Made by a program: the position numbers and the translations under genes | Assembly: GCA_913777665.1 (NCBI GenBank) | Contig: CAJYTF010000031.1 | Span: forward strand, 11,852 to 75,851 | Reading direction: 5' to 3' | DNA length: 64,000 nt | Source of the DNA: an uncultured Myroides sp. | GTDB taxonomy: Bacteria > Bacteroidota > Bacteroidia > Flavobacteriales > Flavobacteriaceae | In this document: positions 20,289 to 29,597 of the stretch, piece by piece | Layout of the letters: each line of letters begins with the position of its first letter | How positions within the stretch are numbered: the stretch's first letter is position 1 | The notes under the pieces: model-generated | Databases searched by the model: none | The model's input: only the letters and a program-made list of their open reading frames with translations | What the model was told of the DNA's origin: nothing

Positions 20289-21631
20289 TGCAGCGCAAAA
20301 TAGGTAGATATTCCAAGTATTTAAGGCCCATTACCATAACTTTTGACTTAATAGTTCTGGTGATTTTTGGTATTTGGTTATTGCCCGATAGTTTTCAGGC
20401 AACATATTTTTATCTGTATCTTGCCTTTTCATGGATTACAATATCAATAACTACAAAGTTTTATCAAGTTTATCGCTTTACAAAACTTATTCAAATTGCC
20501 CAAAAAGCAATAAAACAGTATTTTTTATTTGCCTTAAATATATTTGCTTTAAACGGCTTGTTCTCGTTAACTAAAGAATATGATATTGTTGGATTTTATC
20601 TGTTAGGTACAGCAATTATTATAGTTTTGGCGAAGTATCTTATTTTTTGGTTGCTTAAATTATTCAGAAAATACTATAAAGGAAATTTACGTAGAATAGT
20701 TATTGTTGGTCACGATGATTTAACCGCTAACTTTATAAAATTTGTAACAGGAAATGATGATTATGGATACAAATTATCAGGTAGTTTTTCATTGATGGAT
20801 ACTTCTCCCGAAGATGTTATTGCGTTTTGTATAGAAAATGATATCGATGAAATTTATTTAAGTTTAGAAAAAGCTAACACGAAACAAGTTTCTGTTTTTA
20901 TTGATTATGTTGATAATAATCTAAAGCTTTTAAAGTTTTTGCCTTCACGAAAAGACCTGCTTTCTGCCAATTTAAAGGTCGATTATTATGGAGTAATTCC
21001 TGTAATGGCATCAAGAACAACACCGTTGAACGATCCGTTGAATTATTTTATTAAAAGACTTTTCGATATCGTTTTTTCATCATTGGTGATTATTTTAATC
21101 ATGTCGTGGTTAACGCCATTGATTGCCATTTTAATAAGATTAGAATCTAAAGGACCCATTTTCTTCAAACAAAAAAGAAATGGATTAGATTACGAAGAGT
21201 TTAACTGTTACAAATTCCGATCAATGTTTGTTAACGAAAAAGCAGATATTGATGAAGCCGTAAAGAACGATCCTCGCATAACAAAAGTTGGTGCATTTAT
21301 CCGTAGAACAAGTATCGATGAAATGCCACAGTTTTTTAATGTTTTTGTAGGAACCATGTCCGTTGTAGGACCACGTCCGCACATGTTAAATTTTACCGAA
21401 AAATATGCTGTCAAAGTCAATAAGTTCAAAGCACGACACTTCATTAAACCCGGAATTACCGGAATGGCACAAACACATGGTTATCGAGGGGAAATTGAAA
21501 ATGATACCGATATCATCAACCGAATTAAGTACGATATTTTTTACATGGAAAGCTGGTCGTTACTGCTTGACTTGAAGATTATTTACCTTACCATAAAAAA
21601 TGCAATAAAAGGCGAAAAAAAGGCTTATTAA
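20288..21631 (+). CDS. Undecaprenyl-phosphate sugar phosphotransferase (WcaJ-like)
   Basis: KRLFDI, KFRSM, DPRITKVGAFIRRTSIDEMPQF, VGPRPH, KPGITG. Confidence 0.92.
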   Translation: MQRKIGRYSKYLRPITITFDLIVLVIFGIWLLPDSFQATYFYLYLAFSWITISITTKFYQVYRFTKLIQIAQKAIKQYFLFALNIFALNGLFSLTKEYDIVGFYLLGTAIIIVLAKYLIFWLLKLFRKYYKGNLRRIVIVGHDDLTANFIKFVTGNDDYGYKLSGSFSLMDTSPEDVIAFCIENDIDEIYLSLEKANTKQVSVFIDYVDNNLKLLKFLPSRKDLLSANLKVDYYGVIPVMASRTTPLNDPLNYFIKRLFDIVFSSLVIILIMSWLTPLIAILIRLESKGPIFFKQKRNGLDYEEFNCYKFRSMFVNEKADIDEAVKNDPRITKVGAFIRRTSIDEMPQFFNVFVGTMSVVGPRPHMLNFTEKYAVKVNKFKARHFIKPGITGMAQTHGYRGEIENDTDIINRIKYDIFYMESWSLLLDLKIIYLTIKNAIKGEKKAY

Positions 21632-21667
21632 TTACTAATTTTGCAGTAAAACTACAACACAACAAAT

Positions 21668-22939
21668 ATGAATATTTTACTATTAGGATCGGGCGGAAGA
21701 GAGCATGCATTAGCGTGGAAAATTACTCAAAGTACCAAATGCAGTCAGTTATTTGTAGCACCAGGTAACGCAGGTATTGCACAAATTGCAACCAATGTTG
21801 CTGTAAACCCAACAGATTTTAATGCTGTTAAACAGTTTGTTTTAAGCAACGCTGTAGAAATGGTGGTTGTTGGTCCGGAAGATCCTTTGGTTAAAGGTAT
21901 TTACGATTTTTTTAAGAACGATACTGCTTTAAATGGTATTCCTATAATCGGTCCGTCGCAACACGGCGCGCAGTTAGAAGGAAGTAAAGAATTTGCCAAA
22001 CAATTTTTGGTAAAAAACAATATTCCAACAGCTCGATACGAAGCTTTTACGAAAGATACCGTTGAGGCAGGTAAAGAATTTTTAAAGACTTTAAATCCAC
22101 CTTTCGTATTAAAAGCCGATGGTTTGGCTGCAGGTAAAGGTGTTTTAATATTGAATGATTTAGCCGAAGCACAGCAGGAATTAAGCAATATGTTGGTTGA
22201 TGCCAAATTTGGCGATGCATCGTCTAAAGTGGTTATTGAAGAATTTTTAGATGGAATTGAATTGTCGTGTTTTGTTTTGACGGATGGAAAATCGTACAAA
22301 ATATTGCCAACAGCTAAAGATTATAAACGAATTGGCGAAGGTGATACTGGTTTAAATACAGGTGGAATGGGTGCTGTTTCTCCGGTTCCGTTTGCCGATG
22401 CAGAATTTATGCAGAAGGTTGAAGAACGCGTTGTAATACCAACAATTAATGGTTTAAAAAACGATGCTATTGAATACAAAGGTTTTGTTTTTATTGGTTT
22501 GATAAAGGTAGGAAACGATCCGTTTGTGATTGAATACAATGTTCGTATGGGCGATCCGGAAACCGAAGTGGTTATCCCGAGAATAAAATCAGATTTGGTG
22601 GAATTGTTCCAGGCAGTTGCAAGCCAAACATTGGCAAACACTGTTTTAGAAACCGATGAACGTACAGCAACAACCGTAATGATTGTTTCGGGCGGATATC
22701 CTGAAGATTACGAAAAAGGAAAAGCAATTACTGGTTTGGATCAAGTGGAAGGTTCGATTGTTTTTCATGCAGGAACTACCGAAAAAGATGGAAATATTGT
22801 AACAAGCGGCGGACGTGTAATTGCAGTAACATCGTACGGAGAAAACTTTAATGATGCTTTAAAACAATCATACAAAAACGTTGAAAAAATTAACTTCGAC
22901 AAAAAATATTACCGAACCGATTTAGGTTTTGATTTGTAA
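21668..22939 (+). CDS. purD: Phosphoribosylamine--glycine ligase
   Basis: [36 protein letters not shown]. Confidence 0.97.
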   Translation: MNILLLGSGGREHALAWKITQSTKCSQLFVAPGNAGIAQIATNVAVNPTDFNAVKQFVLSNAVEMVVVGPEDPLVKGIYDFFKNDTALNGIPIIGPSQHGAQLEGSKEFAKQFLVKNNIPTARYEAFTKDTVEAGKEFLKTLNPPFVLKADGLAAGKGVLILNDLAEAQQELSNMLVDAKFGDASSKVVIEEFLDGIELSCFVLTDGKSYKILPTAKDYKRIGEGDTGLNTGGMGAVSPVPFADAEFMQKVEERVVIPTINGLKNDAIEYKGFVFIGLIKVGNDPFVIEYNVRMGDPETEVVIPRIKSDLVELFQAVASQTLANTVLETDERTATTVMIVSGGYPEDYEKGKAITGLDQVEGSIVFHAGTTEKDGNIVTSGGRVIAVTSYGENFNDALKQSYKNVEKINFDKKYYRTDLGFDL

Positions 22940-22947
22940 AAAAAAAC

Positions 22948-23043
22948 AGACCTCACAGGTTTTTAAAACCTGCGAGGTCTTAAAAAAAAGGTTACCCTAA
23001 TAAATTATATAACCCCGACAGAGTTTCAAACTCTGTCGGGGTT
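22948..23043. repeat. Two adjacent palindromes (ACAGRGTT-type), possible terminators
   Basis: AGACCTCACAGGTTTTTAAAACCTGCGAGGTCT (22948-22980) and AACCCCGACAGAGTTTCAAACTCTGTCGGGGTT (23011-23043). Confidence 0.75.
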
Positions 23044-23062
23044 TTTATTTAGAAAAATATCT

Positions 23063-23800
23063 TTAAAAATCATTTGATGTCAAAAAATCATCAATTGCAG
23101 ATAAATAACCCATAGAATTTACCATTCGTATTACTTTTATTTCTTTCTCAGGTGAAGTTAATATTGTTGTATATAGCAATGTGTCTGTGTCAATCTTTAT
23201 CGGGCCGTTTTTGCAGTCTTTAATTTCGATAAATCTATCGGTAACAACTTCGTATTTTAAATGTTTGTATTTACCTTGTAAATCTAAGCTGTCTATTGTT
23301 CGTTGAATACCAAATCCAAAATAAGAATCAACTTCATAAATACCATCTTCATCTTTTAACAATTCAAATTTTTCTTCACTTGGTCGTATAAATAGTATTT
23401 GGTTTCCTTTAAAAATAGCTGAATCAGTTTTTACAGAATTACTAAAAATTCTAGGAAAGTCAATCTTCCATTTTTTATCAATAGAATTCCACAATAAATA
23501 AGGGCCATCAAATCCTTCCAAAAAAGTAATTTCGTAATTACCTTTTAAGTCTACTATGTAATCAGGTTTGGCGCCAAGTGATTGGGTGTTAAAGCCCAGT
23601 TCTTCAAGTGTTTTCCAATCATCTTCGGTAGGTAATTTGTTATGATCTAATTTATATTTTTCTATATTTTTAATTAGCGTATTTCCAAGTGTGATATCGC
23701 TTTTTCTTGTAATTTCAATAGGAAGATTCCAATAGACTAAGAAACCAATTACAATAAAAATTATAATTCCTAAAAGATAAAGTATTAGTTTTTTTGGCAT
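23063..23800 (-). CDS. Hypothetical membrane-anchored protein, apparently two-domain
   Basis: Start set at MPKKLIL; N-terminal TM helix; AT-rich. Confidence 0.65.
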   Translation of the reverse strand: MPKKLILYLLGIIIFIVIGFLVYWNLPIEITRKSDITLGNTLIKNIEKYKLDHNKLPTEDDWKTLEELGFNTQSLGAKPDYIVDLKGNYEITFLEGFDGPYLLWNSIDKKWKIDFPRIFSNSVKTDSAIFKGNQILFIRPSEEKFELLKDEDGIYEVDSYFGFGIQRTIDSLDLQGKYKHLKYEVVTDRFIEIKDCKNGPIKIDTDTLLYTTILTSPEKEIKVIRMVNSMGYLSAIDDFLTSNDF

Positions 23801-24107
23801 TTTCTTATAAAGATAACAAAATATAAAAGTGTAAATCAATAAAAAGTATTGTTGTCTAATATATTTTGAATAATATATTGTTGGTTATCAGTGTAGCAAA
23901 TTAAATTTAGTGATAGCAGCAATAATGATAATATTTTTCTCATGATTTATATTTTTTATCAAATGTATGTAGCTGCGAATTCAAACTAAAAATTTTTATA
24001 CCGAACTGTCGATTTTAAAAGATGAGTTGCGTTTTTTGAAAGATATTTTAAAAACCTTTATCTTTATTGATAAAGGTTTTTTTGTTACTTTTAATAAAAA
24101 GTAGCTT

Positions 24108-24578
24108 ATGAAAAACATCCACATTTTTTTATATCTCTTATACTAATTGGTTGTGAACCATTTAATGAAAAGTGGGATTCAATATACCTAAAAAATAAAT
24201 TCAGATTTCGAGATATGCTATACTTATGATAAGGAAAACTTGCGTCATATGAATTTCCCTGATACGTTAATACCTAAGGTAAAAGAAGAAAGTCTATTTC
24301 TATCTCCGCTGTCAGCGGGATATAATGCACTTATTACTTCTAGAGAATCGTGGAATCAAGTAATTATGCAACTACCTAATGATACCTTATCTATTTACAT
24401 TTTTAAAGAAGCGACAATAAATAGTTATCCTTGGGAAATTATTAGTACCGAATATAAAGTATTAAAAAGATACGATTTTAGTGTTCAGGATCTCGAATCA
24501 TTAAATTACCAGGTAAGCTACCCCCCGACTGAACAAATGAAAAATGTCAGGATGTATCCGCCTTACGAGGGAAATTAA
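24108..24578 (+). pseudogene. Lipoprotein gene disrupted by two compensating frameshifts
   Basis: ATG at 24108 is in frame with ORF 24240-24578 but interrupted by stops; adding one T to a T7 run and removing one A near 24198 gives MKNIHIFFISLILIGC...KNNSDFEICY...PDTLIP. Confidence 0.6.
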
Positions 24579-24583
24579 TAATA

Positions 24584-24613
24584 AATAACCTGGCAGATAA
24601 TTGTCAGGTTATT
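24584..24613. terminator. Hairpin between convergent genes
   Basis: AATAACCTGGCAG...TGTCAGGTTATT. Confidence 0.55.
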
Positions 24614-24745
24614 TTCTTATTAAAATTTAAGATAATATTGATTTAATAAACTGGTACCAATGGGCTATTGTTGGATATAATCTTAATTGAGTTAAACTGA
24701 ATAAATACACTGATTATAATTAAATTTTTTAATCAGTGTATTTAT

Positions 24746-25237
24746 TTAAACCACCATCTGAAAAGCATCTCTAGGACTTCCATCAGCAACATAAATAACG
24801 CCGCAATAGGTAAAACCGTACTTTTTAAAGAAGTTCTGCATAGGTAGGTTATTGTTGTTGGTATCAACTCGAATGTTGTTAATCTGCGCAAAGCAATAAT
24901 CAAAACATGCTTTTGCTACACCTTTAGCCTTGCCGTTTGATGCCAGTCTGGGAATTACACCGTAAGGTTCGTTATTCAGCCAATTTCCGTTGTCAATGAC
25001 GTTGTAGGTCGGTTCCGGATTATCGCCTTTTAAAAACGAAAAATAACCCACTATTTCGGTATCGTTCGAACAAATGTATCCTATGTTTTGATTGATATCA
25101 TTCAGAATAACTTCTTCCGACGGATATCCGTTAATCCACTGCGTAAGGTTGCCGTTAGCGCGCATAATATTTCGAGCATCATCAATAACCTGCATAATGC
25201 TGTCTAAATGTTCGGGTTTTGCAATTTCTATCGTCAT
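24746..25237 (-). CDS. GNAT family N-acetyltransferase
   Basis: QWINGYPS, RLASNGKAKGVA, VDTNNNNLPMQ, GFTYCG. Confidence 0.85.
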   Translation of the reverse strand: MTIEIAKPEHLDSIMQVIDDARNIMRANGNLTQWINGYPSEEVILNDINQNIGYICSNDTEIVGYFSFLKGDNPEPTYNVIDNGNWLNNEPYGVIPRLASNGKAKGVAKACFDYCFAQINNIRVDTNNNNLPMQNFFKKYGFTYCGVIYVADGSPRDAFQMVV

Positions 25238-25240
25238 AAT

Positions 25241-27463
25241 TTATTTTGAAAATAAAGCGGTGATTTTCTTTTTATCGCCAACAAGCCATAAAATATCGCC
25301 TTTTTGTAAGGTAAATGTAGGTTGCGGATTTAAAATACGCTCCCCATTGCGTTCAATTCCTGCAATAATACTGTTACTTTTTTCGCGGATTTTACTTTCA
25401 CGAATCGATATTCCGTTTAAGGCTTCATTAGTAAGTTCAAAACCTTTCAACACAATTTCGGTATGGTAATCAACAGATCCTACCAACGATTTATCAACAA
25501 AAAGTTCAAAATCTTTCACCTGCTCGTCGGTTCCAATCACATACACAATATCTTTCGGGAAAATTTTTTCGTCTTTATCGGGAATATTAATTACCAGATC
25601 GCCACGTTTAATAATGGCAATGTTTACACCAAGCTCTTCACGTACTTTTAATTCATTCAGGGTTTTTCCGGCAATCAGCGATTCCTGCGGAATTTCAAAA
25701 GTCGTCATGTGCCCATCCCAAGGCGTTAAATCGCTTTTATTTCTAATAGCTTCAGATCTTTCGCGGTCATTAAAATTCTCGATAAACTGATGCAGGATCT
25801 TTCCGTACATAGCCTGAATTCTCTTTGGAAATAAAACTGCAAACGCAATTAAAACTGCCAATACAATTACACCTGTCAACGGATTGATCAGTTCGTTAAT
25901 CATTATAAAAACAATGACAATGCACAACAAGATTCTAAACAACGCAATTAAAATAAGTGGTGTAATGTTTTTACTGTCGGTTTTTAACTGATTTAACGAC
26001 TGCACCGCGACTCTTTGCAATGCCAATGCGTACAAGAACGGCAAAAACGCCACTACGGTTAAAAAGATGTACAGATAATAAGTAATTGCACCGTTAGATA
26101 ATGGAATTAAATAGTAAATACTTACGAAAACAATGCCCGCAATAATTACCGAATGAATTATGATGTGCGATGCAACGCCGGAAATATATTTTTGCCAGTG
26201 ATTTGTTTTATGAATTGTCTGCGTTGTAGCCGAATAATTATCTAATTTATCTTCCCATTTTTTAGGAAGGATGATTTTTAATCGATTATATGCGTTTAAG
26301 GAATTTTTAATGAAAAACGGAGTGGTAAAAGTGGTAATTGCTGAAACCGCAACCACAATAGGATAAAGGAAACCGCTTGTTACACCCAACGTCATACCCA
26401 AGGTAGCAATGATAAACGAGAATTCACCAATTTGAGCCAAACTCATTCCTGCCTGAACCGATTGTTTCAACGGTTGCCCCGAAATTAAGGCGCCCATTGT
26501 AGTGGCAATTGTTTTTCCGAAAATGGTTACAATGGTAATAATTACTACCGGAAAAGCATATTCTTGTAACGTATCTAAATTAATAAGCATACCAACCGAT
26601 ACAAAGAAAACCGCACCGAATAGATCTTTTACAGGTTTAACTAAATGTTCAATTTGTTCTGCTTTGGTTGTTTCGGCTATGATCGATCCCATAATGAAAG
26701 CACCCAATGCCGGTGAAAAACCTGCGGCAGTTGCCAAAATAACCATCATTAAACATAATGCAAGCGATACAATTAAGGTAGTTTCTTCGGTCAACAGATT
26801 TTTGGTTCTTTTAAGTAATGTAGGAATAAAGAAGATTCCTGCCAAAAACCAAAGCATTAAAAAGAATGCCAGTTTAAAGATCGATTCCATTAATTCAACG
26901 CCCGAAAACTGCTGCGATACAGCAATTGTTGACAGTAATACCATTAATAAAATTGCCACAATATCTTCTACAATCAGTGTTCCGAAAACTACGCCGGCAA
27001 ATTTCTGGGTTTTAACGCCCAATTCATCAAACGCGCGTAGAATAATGGTGGTAGACGACATGGAAAGAATCGCACCTAAAAAAATACTGTCGATAAAATT
27101 CCAGCCGAGCAATTTTCCTGTGGTAAATCCAACAATAATCATGGTGATGATTTGAACGGCGGCTGTCATACTGGCGGATCCGCCAACTTTAACGAGCTTT
27201 TTAAAACTAAATTCGAGTCCTAAACTAAAAAGTAAAAAGATTACACCAATTTCTGCCCAAACTTCTACGTTTCCCATATCTTGAACGGTAGGAAATAACG
27301 GAAAATGCGGACCTGCCAAAAAACCGGCAATTAAATAACCTAAAACCAAAGGTTGCTTTATCTTTTTAAAGATCAAAACAGCGACTCCGGCAGTCATTAA
27401 GATCAAACCTAAATCGGAAATTAACGGATATAAATGATGTGAGGTTTCTACAGCTGCTGGCAT
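25241..27463 (-). CDS. CPA2 cation:proton antiporter with C-terminal TrkA-C (RCK_C) domains
   Basis: LFSLGLEFS, SMSSTTII, AQIGEFSFII; two TrkA-C repeats. Confidence 0.9.
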   Translation of the reverse strand: MPAAVETSHHLYPLISDLGLILMTAGVAVLIFKKIKQPLVLGYLIAGFLAGPHFPLFPTVQDMGNVEVWAEIGVIFLLFSLGLEFSFKKLVKVGGSASMTAAVQIITMIIVGFTTGKLLGWNFIDSIFLGAILSMSSTTIILRAFDELGVKTQKFAGVVFGTLIVEDIVAILLMVLLSTIAVSQQFSGVELMESIFKLAFFLMLWFLAGIFFIPTLLKRTKNLLTEETTLIVSLALCLMMVILATAAGFSPALGAFIMGSIIAETTKAEQIEHLVKPVKDLFGAVFFVSVGMLINLDTLQEYAFPVVIITIVTIFGKTIATTMGALISGQPLKQSVQAGMSLAQIGEFSFIIATLGMTLGVTSGFLYPIVVAVSAITTFTTPFFIKNSLNAYNRLKIILPKKWEDKLDNYSATTQTIHKTNHWQKYISGVASHIIIHSVIIAGIVFVSIYYLIPLSNGAITYYLYIFLTVVAFLPFLYALALQRVAVQSLNQLKTDSKNITPLILIALFRILLCIVIVFIMINELINPLTGVIVLAVLIAFAVLFPKRIQAMYGKILHQFIENFNDRERSEAIRNKSDLTPWDGHMTTFEIPQESLIAGKTLNELKVREELGVNIAIIKRGDLVINIPDKDEKIFPKDIVYVIGTDEQVKDFELFVDKSLVGSVDYHTEIVLKGFELTNEALNGISIRESKIREKSNSIIAGIERNGERILNPQPTFTLQKGDILWLVGDKKKITALFSK

Positions 27464-27542
27464 AAAAATGGAGCGAAAATTTGTTTCTAAATATACAAAA
27501 AAGCGGTATTGAAAATGAACGAAATTTCGATTGTAAATAAAA

Positions 27543-27571
27543 AAAAGCTGCTTTCATAGAAAACAGCTTTT
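27543..27571. terminator. Intrinsic terminator downstream of the DUF5689 gene
   Basis: AAAAGCTG...CAGCTTTT. Confidence 0.5.
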
Positions 27572-27591
27572 AAAGTTTAATGGTGTATGTT

Positions 27592-28971
27592 TTATTGAAT
27601 CTCGATATTATCGATATGCAGATTGTATGCAGCGTTGCTTCCCACTTTTAAAGCGAAAAGATCACCTGTTGTACTTTTGTTTATATCAACATCTGCAATG
27701 TTTAAAGTTACCTTAACCCATTTGTTGCTTGTGTCAATAGTTCCGGTGTAATTGTTTGTTCCGTTACCAGAATCATTAAGCACAGCCTTGTTTAATGTAA
27801 CCGCTAAACTGTTTAAGCTAGTTATGTTGAATACATCATAACCCGAAGTTCCACGATAAACGTTGATCGATAACGATTTAGCAGATGTTCCTTTAACCCA
27901 AAACGTAATTTTTGTTGGAGTTGCAGGAATATTTCCTTTAGCAGAAGCCAACACAGTAAATACATAATCGTTTGCGGTTGGCGTTCCATTAAGATGCATA
28001 GAATTTGTTCCTAAAGCACCTGTACCCATGCCTTGAACGGCATACGGTTTTAATCCGAAACTGTTTAATGAAGCTGTAAAGTTCGCCCAGTTTTCAAAAT
28101 CGGCTGTTGTAAACAATAAGTTTGTTGGCGCTGTAGGCTCTTCACCTTCTCCCGGATCAACTCCAATACGGTCTTCTGTTAATTGGATATCGTTAAATGT
28201 ACGAGCCATAAACTGATAATCGCTATTGAACTTTGTAAGAACCCCACGGATTTTTCCGCTGTTTTTTGGAACCACTCTTGAAGCAAATTTTGCAAATTCA
28301 CTTGTTCTAAAGATCATTGTTCCGGTAGGATCAACAATATTGTGGTTAGTAGCACCACCTAAAACATTTGATGGATCGTAATACGTTTTATCAACCGCAT
28401 TGTCTGCGAACTGCACTTTATCAATTTCAACCAAGGTGTTAATGTAGTTGTCGTTTTTAAGATCAGCCAACGTAATGGTTTTCATTAATTGTGTTTCAGG
28501 AACAACATCTGCCGAAGCAAATACTTTTTTGTAGAAATCTTGCGGACGCATTCTACCAACGCTTGTTTCCTGGTAAAGATCGCCTAAAACCAAAGATCCG
28601 TGTACAATTGAAAAATACATATCTTTTAAATAGATATACACTTTACGACCCGGAGCGATATCGTTGCTGATGTTGTACATATCAACCGAAATAGAAAAAC
28701 CTTTAGTTCCTTCTAAATTTTGCAATGATACCGATTTATAGAATGTTCCGCCTTCATCTGTTGACGATACGTATGCTTCTAAAATATCCTCTTCGGTATA
28801 TTGTTGCACCGTAGTATTAGCTTTAGCATACAATTCTTCTAAAGTAATTGTAGCTGTAGCGTTGTGATATTTAATTTCCGGTGTAGAAACATCGTCGCTG
28901 TTTGCACAACTTGTTGTTACTAATGTTGCAACCAATGCTAAGGCTGCAAACGTATATTTTAATGCTTTCAT
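27592..28971 (-). CDS. DUF5689-like surface lipoprotein
   Basis: Lipobox TTSC with acidic +2 region; SSTDEGGTFYKSVSLQ, GRKVYI.LK, RTSEFAKFA. Confidence 0.75.
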   Translation of the reverse strand: MKALKYTFAALALVATLVTTSCANSDDVSTPEIKYHNATATITLEELYAKANTTVQQYTEEDILEAYVSSTDEGGTFYKSVSLQNLEGTKGFSISVDMYNISNDIAPGRKVYIYLKDMYFSIVHGSLVLGDLYQETSVGRMRPQDFYKKVFASADVVPETQLMKTITLADLKNDNYINTLVEIDKVQFADNAVDKTYYDPSNVLGGATNHNIVDPTGTMIFRTSEFAKFASRVVPKNSGKIRGVLTKFNSDYQFMARTFNDIQLTEDRIGVDPGEGEEPTAPTNLLFTTADFENWANFTASLNSFGLKPYAVQGMGTGALGTNSMHLNGTPTANDYVFTVLASAKGNIPATPTKITFWVKGTSAKSLSINVYRGTSGYDVFNITSLNSLAVTLNKAVLNDSGNGTNNYTGTIDTSNKWVKVTLNIADVDINKSTTGDLFALKVGSNAAYNLHIDNIEIQ

Positions 28972-28981
28972 TTCTTAAAAA

Positions 28982-29584
28982 TTAAAAAACTTTAATATTA
29001 TCTACTTCATAAGTTCCATCGTATCTACCATCAGTACCACTTCCGGTAGCTCTAAAAGCAATTTTAATTTTTCCTTTAAATTGTGATAGATTTACAATTC
29101 CAGAGTTTACCCATGTAAAATTTGGAACATTTAACTGTGGCTTTCTAAAATGTAATTTAACTGTGTCAGCGTTGCTTTCAGTTATATTATGCAATACGTA
29201 CAATTCTAATTTATTGTTTAATGTATCGGTAACAAAACCTTGCGTTGATGTAAATGTTAAGCGTTTTAAATTGGCTTTATCAATATCAAGTTCGTTAGAT
29301 GTTACCCAAGTATCGTTTTCTGCTTCTTTTGGATTGTCAAATGCAGAAAAGTATAAATAGCTGTTATTTCTAAAGGTTGCAAACGTCCATTTTTTAGTAC
29401 CTTTTACTGCGTTGGTACCCCATGTGTTTTGTGGATTTTCTCCTTTAGTGTGCCATTCAAAATCGTCTGAAAAAATAGCTGGACTATAAGTTGGTAATTC
29501 CTGTTCATCTTCTGGTGAACATGCTGCAAATAAGCCGGTTAAAGTTAATACAGCTATTGGGAATATGTGTTTTAATATTTTCAT
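28982..29584 (-). CDS. Surface lipoprotein, DUF5017/choice-of-anchor-J-like beta-sandwich
   Basis: Lipobox FAAC-SPEDE; W..S..NL..FKGKIKIAFR and YEVDNI pattern. Confidence 0.6.
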   Translation of the reverse strand: MKILKHIFPIAVLTLTGLFAACSPEDEQELPTYSPAIFSDDFEWHTKGENPQNTWGTNAVKGTKKWTFATFRNNSYLYFSAFDNPKEAENDTWVTSNELDIDKANLKRLTFTSTQGFVTDTLNNKLELYVLHNITESNADTVKLHFRKPQLNVPNFTWVNSGIVNLSQFKGKIKIAFRATGSGTDGRYDGTYEVDNIKVF

Positions 29585-29597
29585 ATCACGCTTTTAA

